DNA of 63,544 bases, the filler included, from Reclinomonas americana ATCC 50394 (Eukaryota), in assembly GCA_048213135.1 (NCBI GenBank). It is 11 parts of 11 records of this genome, joined end to end, with 100 filler letters (N's around TTAATTAATTAA, not from the genome) between each part and the next. Parts side by side here need not be neighbours in the genome. Positions count along the whole stretch, not along the records: positions 27,135 to 42,256 come from AFZH01017893.1; positions 42,357 to 46,368 come from AFZH01017894.1; positions 46,469 to 51,900 come from AFZH01017896.1; 8 more parts are not named here. The stretch is one strand, 5' to 3'. Positions 36,325 to 46,789 of the stretch are shown here, in pieces (the stretch's first letter is position 1; each line of letters starts with the position of its first letter). Under the pieces are notes generated by a model. The model made no database searches, had not been told where the DNA came from, and saw nothing but the letters and a program-made list of their open reading frames with translations. A program made the translations under genes and the position numbers.

Positions 36325-39300
36325 TCAGTCCAAAGCAATGTCCCGCGAGTCGGGCGCGGCGACGCCAATCACGCGAAGCAAAGTTCCCGACGCCACACAC
36401 CACACGCGGATCGTCGAGTCGTCACCAGCGGAGACCAGTCGCTGGTGCCCAGCGCTGTCTTCGACAAATGCAAGACCGCAGAGGGTCGCCGCATGACCGC
36501 GGACAGCTGTTGATGCTCCACTCTCCACATCGATGAGGCGGACAACACCAAAGCCGGCGGCAACGGCAATCACCACTCGTCCTTCCGCCGACGAAAAGGC
36601 GGCAGCCAGCGACGTGACCCCGATCCCGGCACACGCGTTCGGATCCACGAGTGGTCCAACTCGTCGACTGAGTGCACCATTCTCACGACTCCAAACACAC
36701 ACCATACCGTCGTTGCCACCGCTAAAGACAAGGGTCGAGTCCGGGGAAAAAGGCCACGGTACTGACTGGTAGTGAGTGACACCTGTGTTCAGCTTCCAGC
36801 GAGACGCTGGTACCAGTTGAGCCATTCGAGAGTAACCACACCATCACACGCCTGTCGGCACCTCCACTGACAACAGAAAAACCATCAACAGATATGGCAA
36901 CGGCTGTCACGGGAAGCATGTGACTACCGAGCAATTGAGACTCGGCGGCACCCGGGGCGACGTTCCACAATCGTACAGTGCAGTCGTCGGAGCCGCTTAC
37001 AAGCCGGCTCCCGTCGGCAGTGAATGCCAACGCACGCACACGGCGGTCGTGACCAACAAGAACACGCTCATAATGACCATCGTCAACTACCGAGTAGACG
37101 TGCAACTCGATCCGAGAATCTCGAACCACAGCAAGAAAAGTGTGGGATGACGTCGACGCGCAGGCAACAGCATGTGGGAAAGGCGAACAACGGTCGATGG
37201 GCAACAAGTACCGTCTAATGCGACCATCCGCCAGCGACCACAAGCACACACCGTTTTGAAAATCGGCGCTGCAGACGAGATCGGCGGCTCCACTGCCGGT
37301 CATCGTCAACATCTTGCCGAGTTTTGGCTGCGATCTGCGCATATCCGACGCCAGCAACAGAGGCCACAACCGTACGCTCGGGTTGCCACCGGTTCCAGTA
37401 GCAAACCAGCGACTGCGGGGTGACACAGCAATGGCGGTGACAGGGCCCTCGTGGCCACTGAATACAGACAACAGGCGACCCGACTGCAAGCACCAGATGC
37501 GCACGACTCCGTCACAGCGCCCGCCGCTAATGACGTGGCGGTCGTCTGGCGTGATGGCAACCGAACATGCGCCTCGGTGGTGGGCTTCAATGACATGTTC
37601 CACGCTCAGTCGGTGCACGCTCCAGATGCGCAGTGCACCGCCGTCATCTGCACTAGCTGCAATGAAATGCGACTGGCACAGCGCCACAGCCGACACAGGA
37701 TATGCGTGGCCTTCCAGCACCGCTGGCTCAGAGAAGCTGTCCATGCGATGCAACCGTACAGCACTGTTGGCGCACCCACTAATGACAAGTGGAAGGCGGT
37801 TGCCACCAAACACAATCGAGACTGCAGTGATCACGGCGGAGTCGTCGCGAAACATCGCCCGTGGCTCATGCCGCGTAGCAGCTGAAACCGTCGACCACAA
37901 CTGCAGCATACCGTCCGTGAAGCCAACTACAACGAAGAAACCGTCGGCCGTTGCACTCACACATGTGATAGATGCGTTGCAATGCTGGTCTGCTGAAAGG
38001 AGTCGGCAAGGCTTCGTGAATTGTGGCAGATCACTATCAGCTGCGTTCGCAGTACAATTCTGAACAGAATACACCGCCACGCGGCAGCTTCTCGTGTCAC
38101 CAGCTAAAGCCGCCAGGCCAGTCACAAGTCTAATGTCCCCGCGATCAACACAAAAGGCAGCGGCAGTCACGAATGGGTCCGCCAACTCGACACGCGCGAT
38201 TTCATCACGTGTGATGACTGACCAGACGCGCATCTCCTTGTCTCGCCGAAAATATAGATCACCCAAATGACCACAACAACTGAGAAGCGTGTTGTCTCCA
38301 AACGCTAGAGCCGTAACTGCTGACACGTGTCCGCGCATCGGCTCGGCCGGCAGGACGCAATCGGTGAGATTGCACCCTGAGAGGTTGGCCTCACGACAGA
38401 ACGCCTGTGACAGATTGACTGCCCGCAGGTCGGCTCGTTGTAACTGCGTCCGATGCAACACTGCGTCCCGCATGTCAGCGCCGCAAATACGGACTCCTCG
38501 AAGGTCGCGACCGGAGAACGCCACTTGCGCCACGCTGAGTATCGTGGCCGCATTGGCAGCCGCAACAACAACACAAGGCTCAGGCTCCACATCTTGGACA
38601 GCTCTCGACAGCAATATCACACGCCAGAGGCGCTCCTGCAGTGCGCTGGATGCGCGCACAGAATCAGCAATGTACGTCACCAGGGATGGGTGTTGTTGAA
38701 TCATGTTGGACTTGGTGAGAACGCTTCGCCGCACACGTTCTACGGTGATATCCTCGGCGTGCTCGAGCTGAAACACATCACAGGCGACGAAATGCTCCAG
38801 GAACGACGCATGGCAGAACTTCCACCAACGCTCGCAGAATTGTAGCAATGGACAGCAGTTGCGAATGGCCAGCTGCTCCCTCGCATCCGAAAAGAACTCG
38901 CGCCTCAGACTCGCCTCGTCAATGTTGTCACTCGAGCAGCGTACTTCAGTCAGGCTCGCTCGAAACATGGCACGTGCAAGGCGGACGAGGAACTCGTGAC
39001 ATTGCTCCACAGATGGCACGTCAGCCGCAGCTGCAGCTACAGCTGTGTACTGGCGACGGGCGTGCGAAATCCACTCTTCCACACAACGGTCGTAGATGTC
39101 GCGCGGCAACAACTGGCATCCACGTTTTGGCAAGTGCGGCAGAATATCGACGGCCATGCCGAAAAGCAATGGAGTCGACGACAACGCATCGATGCGGTCA
39201 CTTTCCTGCAGCGCCTTTCGGTAATTCTCCGTCAGACGCCATGGCGAGCCAGCGGGAAATGAGTCTCGCACCACGTGCACATACTGCTCCAGAAACATGT

Positions 39301-40626
39301 CAATTTGTTGCTTGCCGAGCGGCAGCAGTCGGCACTCGGTCAACTCCCCCTCTTGTAACGCGGCTGTCCTGTCGAGAGGAGCGAAAAATCGAGGGTAGTC
39401 TGTGCCACCGGTTCCCAGCCTGGCTGCATAGTCCGAGCGACAAGTCATAATGACCTTGATATCGGCGAATCGGTGCAGCTGTGCGTGGGGAGGGAAACCA
39501 GGTGAGCGATCTAGAACTACAGTGTTCTCGACTCACAATCGGCGGCTTCTTACTTTGTTGGAAACAAACAGGTTAACCGAGAGACCACGCTCGTCGTATC
39601 CGTCAACAAGGAGGAGAACTGGAATATCGCGCAGTCGGCGGGCAACGGCGTCTGGCTCTGCCGCCTCCCGCGTTGACGGCATCCGCTCAGCCACTGCTTC
39701 CTCCAGAAGCCGTCGCTCCAGCATCTCCGGGCGTATGTGCGTCAATTGTACCAGCAGCGGTAGTCGAGAAGTAGCGTCACCTGTCCATCGCTCACCGACA
39801 CTCTCTGCCACCTGCAATAGCGCAGTTGACTTTCCAGAACCGCTGTCACCGAGGAGGAGCAGCACTTGCTTGTCATCGCAGGCCAGAAAGCGGTCGACTT
39901 CATCGATAAAACGGCAGTGTACTTCCTCTGACGGCACGTCGCACATAAGTGGAACGTGCACCGAGTGCCGGACGTACGCAGCCGTCGGCGACTTGGTATT
40001 CCACGATTCGCGTATGAAGTCAACCTCGCACTCCACCAGCTCATTTAACTGATCGTGCACTGTAAGTGTGCCTGCGGTGAGTAAGTCGTCAACGATACAC
40101 GAGAGCATAAATATCCACGCAACAGAGTGCTTCGCTCTCCAACCTGGCCAAGTACTTGTCAACTGGCATTGAAAGCCGCTGAAGCCACCGACACAACTTC
40201 CCAATTCGGCTCTTGCGTGGATCGCCGCCAATGTATCTTCGCACTTCGAGTGCCGACGCCATGTGAATGCCTTTGTCGGGGTGAGCAAACTTGTTTCGAA
40301 AATCTCGAAGTTTCTTCACCGCCTTGAGCTGCACATCGCAGGGTAAGTGCCGAAAACGTTAACGTAGCGACTGGTATCCACGGCGAATCGCTAACGCACC
40401 TCGAGAGCGTCAGTGAGTAGGAACGCGTCAGTTCCGTCACTTGCTCGCAGTCCTCCATAAAGTAGAATGGAAGACAAGGCAGTCAGGTCAAACCCCGAAC
40501 ACGGCGGTGCACTCGTCCTATCAGCGTTGAACGCTGTGCTCCACTCTATGACGTGCACGTACTGCTTTGCATCCAGCTTCACGACGCCGTCTCGGCCACG
40601 TGGCCTGAATCTGCACATACAAACAT

Positions 40627-40715
<89 letters not shown>

Positions 40716-41292
40716 ATCAACAATTGATCATGACGCAGCGTGTACCAAGTGCATGGGACTGTAACTTTTCTGGAATCTTGCCCTTTGGACGCCACGCTTC
40801 AACGACGTCCATATCAGGGTGTTCCGTGCAGAACTCGGGAAGTCGCTGTTGCAGGCGGCTGGCAAGGGCTTCAGTGGCGATCTCCATGGCCACAAGAAGC
40901 CGCTGATAATGCAGTCGCCTGCGAAACACGACAATCATCAAGCGCAGAAGTGATACACCGGCACATGTGCGCGTACGTACCCTCCTCCATGCAAATCCAA
41001 CAAGTCCACCGTCAACACCAACTCATCCGGGCCCACAGGAACCACCTGCATCTGCTCGAGAGTCTGATCCCTTGCAGTGGCAAACACAAAGGCTTGCTTC
41101 TCGCTTTGCACTCGCATCCGGTCAGGAGCAATAGGCAACAACAGCTCAGCCTCGAGCAAGTGCGCTGCCTTCTCCAGCAACTCGCCGACCAACATTTCTC
41201 GCGTGGCATTCTCCACTGTCACGCTGACACCCTCGTCAGAGTCCTCCAGTTCGAACCGAATAGGGAACTGGCGCGAGAAGTGAGAAACACGT

Positions 41293-41325
<33 letters not shown>

Positions 41326-41350
41326 GGCGGACACCACACGCACGCACCAT
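36325..41350 (-). CDS. NLR-like STAND module A: N-terminal domain + HEPN + NACHT + pentapeptide repeats + WD40, with one frameshift near the 3' end
   Basis: An ATG micro-exon at 41348-41350 splices to FPIRFE. HEPN-like YQRLL..A..AL / FDLTALSSILL / LRDFRNKFAH (RNKFAH at 40281-40298). Walker A LLLLGDSGSGKST (~39827-39850), Walker B LLLVDGYDE, KVIMTCRSDY, TPLLF, FCHASFLEHF, pentapeptide DLRGVRICGADMR, then WD40 repeats. A +1 frameshift lies at 36747-36751. Confidence 0.85.
40618..40713. repeat. (CATA)n/(CA)n microsatellite in an intron of the HEPN region
   Basis: Perfect CA dinucleotide run preceded by CATA units. Confidence 0.95.
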
Positions 41351-41514
41351 CTTGTCAGACCGTCGTTCTTGTCAGAGAGAGTGCGATGGGACAGGACTTG
41401 ACAGGACCTTGTTGCTCACGCGCTGTGAGCTCCTTCCTCTCCCTCTCTCTCTCTCTTTCTCTCTCTGCCTCTCTACCTCCCTCTCTCTCTCTTTGCGGAT
41501 CCACCAAAAAAAGA

Positions 41515-42137
41515 ATGACGACAATGCGCGGGCAGTCGTGGATTGTCGCACTGCTGCTGGTGCTTGTGCTGCTGCTGTCACTCGCACAACTGCAGGGATG
41601 CACAGGTGGCGCAGTGTCATCGGTGCGTGAGCTTGTGAAGAACGAAAAAAGTGAGAGTGTGCGCGCGTGTGCAGAGAAGGCGGCAATTGCGGTTTGCGCG
41701 CACGCACAGACACCCCGCCTGCTGTCTCCTCTCTCTCTCTGTGCGTGAACACCATCACCTCGGGGAGTCTCTTTGTCTCTCTCTGTGTATGTGCGTGCAT
41801 GGCGGCAGTTGTCTGACACTCTTTGTGCGCACTCGCACACGTGTACTCGTCCCTCTCAGTCCGACGACAACAATGACGACGACAACAGCAGTCACCACGC
41901 ACACCACAGCGACAACAATGACAATGCTCATAGTCATCATCATCATCATCATCATCAGTCATCGGTTTGCCTTCTCTACGTACACGTGTATATATGACTT
42001 GTCCTCAGTTGGGTGGGTCTGTCTCTCTCCAGCAGCAGCAGCAGCAGCAGCGAGTGGCCACGCAGTCGGACTCGTACTACGTGGTGGACTATGAAGATGT
42101 TGCGCTGTGCAATGACTTGTCGGAAAAATGCGCAGTG
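41515..42137 (+). CDS. Putative secreted protein with Asp/Asn/His-rich segment; truncated by gap
   Basis: Signal-peptide-like MTTMRGQSWIVALLLVLVLLLSLAQLQG. Later candidate exons read SDDNNDDDNSSHHAHH..HHHHHHHQSS and QQQQRVATQSDSYYVVDYEDVALC. Confidence 0.45.
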
Positions 42138-42155
42138 CCTCTCATCACTCTCTCC

Positions 42156-42252
<97 letters not shown>

Positions 42253-42356
42253 CTCTNNNNNNNNNNNNNNNNNNNNNNNNNNNNNNNNNNNNNNNNNNNN
42301 TTAATTAATTAANNNNNNNNNNNNNNNNNNNNNNNNNNNNNNNNNNNNNNNNNNNN

Positions 42357-42935
42357 TTGGCGTCCACGGGAGTGCCGGCGGCATCGGCGCCTTTGCCGGC
42401 CATCTTGCCCTTCTTCAGGTGGCGCTTCGGGCGATCCGGATCGACGGTCGCCGGACCAGCGAACACGTGCCAGGCCGTGTTACCCGTCGGCAGCGCCGTG
42501 GTGGCCCAAAAGTCGACGGCCAGGTGCCAGTCCTGAGGGAGGGAAAGGGGGGGGGCAAGTTATGGTGAGACCTTACGAAAACGGGAATCGGGGAATCAGA
42601 GGGCTGCCGCTCTTTCTCAATGTATGTGCATGTGTGTGTGCAAGCGTGCGTGCGTGTGTGTGTGTGTGTGTTCGTGTTTCCCCCTATTTTTAACTATGTT
42701 GTCTGTCTCTTACTCTCTCGTCCCTTCTCCTCCGCTTCCCTGCTCTCTTCTCCCTTTCCCTCTCTCTCTCTCTCTGTTCTCTTTTGCTCTCTTGTGCTTC
42801 TCATTCAAGATCTATTGCCTCTCATCTATCTCTCTCTCTTTCATGCCTGTCTTCTCTCACTTCTATCTCTCTCTTCCCTCCCTTCTCCTCCCTTCTCCCT
42901 TCCTCTCTATTCCCTCCCTTCTCCTCCCTTCCCTT

Positions 42936-42966
<31 letters not shown>

Positions 42967-43234
42967 CCTTCTCCCTTTATCTCTTCTCACCTCCTCATCA
43001 CGAATGGTCACCCACGACCAGGCGCTGTCGCCGTCATTGTAGCGGATCACGTGGTCGGCGGGGAGCGCAAAACGCTCGCAGAACTGCGCAAAGGTGGTGT
43101 CGCGCGAAACGGCAACTCGGCGCTGCAAAAGAGACAGAGAAGAAGAGGAAGTGAGTGGTTGCACAGGGGGGAGAGAGAGAAGGAGAGGCACAAACCGTCT
43201 CGTCGCCATGCTGGATTTTGATCACAATAGACAT
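42357..43234 (-). CDS. PB1-domain protein, N-terminal part
   Basis: Spliced MSIVIKIQHGDET-RRVAVSRDTTFAQFCERFALPADHVIRYNDGDSAWSWVTIRDEE-DWHLAV matches the PB1 pattern (basic K, RR, Y.D.D...VTI.DE.D..A). Confidence 0.7.
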
Positions 43235-44775
43235 GATGTTGGCGTGCGTGTGAGCTTGCAGAGTGCGGCTGTGAGAGGAATGTTTCGTCGCGCCGCCGGG
43301 TCTTGCCGGAATGCATGCATCGATCGCGACAGGATTGCACCGATCTAATCAATCCTCGCACACCATGTTTCGTGAATTCACGCGCGCCAATCTCACACCT
43401 GTGTTGAAATGCTCAAGCAGGATTTGAGGGAGCCGGGTGCGCTGCACAGTGACCGCTGCGCAGCGTATCGGCGGAAAAAACGCATGCGCGCCGGGTTTGG
43501 ATTCCAGACGTGATCACTCCTCAGCAGCGCCTCTTGGCTTCTCTCCTCCATGCGACAGGGATTTTTTGATGCGTGTTCTTTCGGGAGACATCTCTGTGTG
43601 TATAGCCACTGGCGCACCAAGAACTGGACGCACACGACAGTGTCGGGTCTGTGGATATGAATTTCTAATCGCCCGACTTTTTTCAACCATCTTTGAGCAC
43701 CTGGAGCACACAAAGTTAAGTACGACGCGTTTTTTTGTTCTTCGCATGCGTGCTCTGTGGTGCTCTTGTGCTGTGGTGCACTGGGGACATGCGTGTGTGC
43801 GCAGGAGTGAGTGAGAGTGAGAGTGTGAGAATGTGAGCATCTTCAAACTGTCGGGTGCACGTGTTTCCACTCGTGATCAGCGCAATTCTGTGCACTCTGC
43901 GTGTGTGTGACAGCTAGCACGTGCACCTACCACCGCGTCATCTGCTGCGCCACTCTCTTGCCTGTGTTTGTTGCGCCACGACACTGTGAGCCATGATAAC
44001 TATAACGTAAACTGATACAGCAGTGCATTTTGTCACGCGTGTCACCTTTCTGAATGCCACCTGCCTTTCCGTTGACTCTTCACGCTCACCACTGGTGCTG
44101 ATCGCCACCGCACCACACTGTTCTCTGATGACCCAAATTGAGGATTTCGCAGAGCACATCTTGTTCTGTTTTTTGTCACATTTGCGGTGGCGCAAGAACA
44201 CTGGCTTCCGTGACCTGTGCACCTCCGTGTTCTGCTGGGCAGTGAGGCTCTCGCACGCTCTGCATTGTGCTCCTGGGGTGGCTGCCTTCCTCACATAGCG
44301 CAGCGGCCATGTCCGCTGCCTTTCACCACGTTCCTCTCATGTGCTCTCCACTTGCATGTATGCACGTGGTGTGTGGTAGCAGGCGCTCTACACCTCTTTA
44401 CACACGACCGTAGCACATGTGTTTTTTGCGTAATGCAAGTGGCAATGATCATCTCTCTCTTCCACGTTTTTCCGGGGTTCTCTGCCTTGCCTCTCGTATG
44501 CACACATCGCTTGCATGCATACATGCATGTGTTGATTGCATATGCAGTTCACACTGAGATGCATGCAATGGATGTCGGTTGTGCTGTGTGACCATGTCCT
44601 CTCGCTTGCTCTCTCCTCTCTCCTCCAAGGCCTTCTCCTCTCTCTCCTCTACCCCTGTGCCTTGTCGTGTGGATGGCGCAGATGTCGTAGTATTGCGCAC
44701 ACGTACCGGAGAGATGCCGGCGCCGGCTGTGTCGTGACTCATTGGGTTCCACCTGCAGAGTCAAGCACAGCTGGC

Positions 44776-45075
44776 ATGACGGACCCTATTCGCAACGATG
44801 GCAACGCAGAGGATGCCCCTCAGGCACAAAACTTCAATGCAGGTTGGTTACCGCCTATCAATGCCATGTGTTTCTTGATCAAACGTTCCTCATCTCCCTT
44901 CGTCGGCTCAGATCGCGATCAAGAGGCCATGGATGCGTTCCATGAGATCTTTGGCCAAGGGGCGGATGATGTTCATTTCGGTGCCGGCGGCGGTCCCGAC
45001 TTGCAGCCGCCCGAATTATCCGCAGCTCCTCCGTTGCACTCGGTGGCAGCTGGCTATATGCATGACCACGGATGA
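44776..45075 (+). CDS. Possible small acidic hypothetical protein (two exons)
   Basis: MTDPIRNDGNAEDAPQAQNFNA, a GT..AG intron, then DRDQEAMDAFHEIFG..*. No recognised motif. Confidence 0.3.
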   Translation: MTDPIRNDGNAEDAPQAQNFNAGWLPPINAMCFLIKRSSSPFVGSDRDQEAMDAFHEIFGQGADDVHFGAGGGPDLQPPELSAAPPLHSVAAGYMHDHG

Positions 45076-45744
45076 GTCGCTGTGTGTTTGTCGGCCACTG
45101 GCGGGCCACTCCTTTCATACGTCTCCTGCGCGCTTAGCGGATGCGTGCCGCGAGACTTGTGGAGTAACCCGCCCTTCACTGACTTTCATACAGTAGAGCG
45201 CCTGCACATCGGCCTCTCTCCTCCTTTTTCTCTGTTGCTCTTTCTTCTTCGTTTGTTTCTATTGGACGCTGCCCGTTATAATCACTCTCACCGGCAGCGC
45301 TCGTCTCATCTGTCCCCCCTTTCCTCCTCCCTTGGCTGTCTTTCTTACAACGCTGCGCACTGCATGCACGTGCGCAGCGCAGCTTTTCTTCGATTTTTTC
45401 GCTTGACGTTTGGTGTTTCTTTTTTCTGCAACGCGATGTCCTTGCACCGCGCCTTGCTGCTTTCCGCACCCTTGCCGTGCCTCTTCATCTCACCACACGC
45501 CTCTTCTTCCCCGTTTGCCTTTTATTCATCCGGTCGCGATCGTCTAGACGTCTTCCACTCCATTGTCATTCTTGAGCTCTTCTCGACGCTGCATGCTAAT
45601 AAGGTCAGCTTCTTCCTTTTTCTCGTTTCGTCCTCTTTTCTCCACCACCCAAGGCTTCTCCTTACCCCCTTGCCCCTCACCACTGATGCATAAAAACCCG
45701 ACCAAAAAAATCAATTGCTGTCCCACACCTTCTCTTCACACCGC

Positions 45745-45983
45745 ATGAGCGCAAAGAAGTATCTTGTGAACAGCCGCGATGACATTGTGTCGGAGATGCT
45801 TGATGGTACACACACACACACCCTGCCTGTGTGCATGAGAGAGTGTGTGTGTGTGTGTGTGTTGCAGAATCTTATTAGTCGCACTCTCTGTGCAGGCATG
45901 TCGTTGCTGTCAGGCGGTGCCACTGTGCGTCTCTCAGGCTACAATGTGCTCATTGACGCCTCTTGCTCGCCCGAGAACTCACG
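45745..45983 (+). CDS. Dihydroxyacetone kinase/triokinase (DAK1/TKFC) N-terminus; remainder lost in gap
   Basis: MSAKKYLVNSRDDIVSEMLDG-MSLL....VRL.GYNVL resembles the KK.iN....V.EmL.G start of DhaK/DAK1 domains. Confidence 0.65.
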
Positions 45984-46789
45984 GTGAGTCTCTTGTATGT
46001 GTGCATTTGATGCATGATTTCTCCTCTCTGCTCTCTCTCTTTCTCTCTCCCTGTGTGCTTTCGTGCTTCTCAGCGTGTCTGCTTCTCCGCGCCTCTTTCA
46101 GGCTCATGGAGGCGTCTCTCCTTCTCCTCTCTGCTCTCCCTTTCTCTCTCTCTCTCTCTCTCTGCGTCTTGGTCTCTCTCAGTGCCTGTCTGCCTCGCCC
46201 CGTGCCTCACTCAGACTCATGGAGGCATCTCTCCTTCTCTTCTCCTCCTCTTCTCTCTCTCTCTCTCTGTCTCTGTCTCTGCATGGGTGTCTCTGTGCTT
46301 GTTTGTATATCTGCCTCGCTCAACACTTCTCTCTCTTCCCTCCCCCCTTTTCTCTCTCTCTCTCGCAANNNNNNNNNNNNNNNNNNNNNNNNNNNNNNNN
46401 NNNNNNNNNNNNTTAATTAATTAANNNNNNNNNNNNNNNNNNNNNNNNNNNNNNNNNNNNNNNNNNNNGAAGGGGGAAGAGAAGGGGGAAGAGAAGGGGG
46501 AAGAGAGAGACAAAAAGGGAGGTAGAGGGGAAAAGAGGGAAGAGCAAGGGGGAAGAAAAGGGATAAGAGAAGGGATAAGAGAAGGGGGAAGAGAAAGGGG
46601 GAAGAGAAAGGGAGAAGAGAAGGAGGAAGAGCAAGGGGGAAGAGAGAGACAAAAGCGAGGCAGAGGGGAGAGGGGAGAGAGAGTGGGAGAGAAGGAATGG
46701 AGGGAGAGGCAGAGAGACAGAAAGAGAGAAAGGAGAGAGAAAATGAGAGAAATTGGAGAAAGAGTCCAACAGAGAAGGGGACGAAAGTG

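Noticed and set aside
30360..39448. HET-E-like highly conserved internal WD40 repeats under concerted evolution
   Set aside because: The WD repeats are strongly diverged from one another, and no near-identical nucleotide units are visible.
43400..44700. Several 100-150 aa ORFs between the PB1 and DAK genes
   Set aside because: They show no motifs or consistent exon structure, so they are treated as intergenic or UTR.
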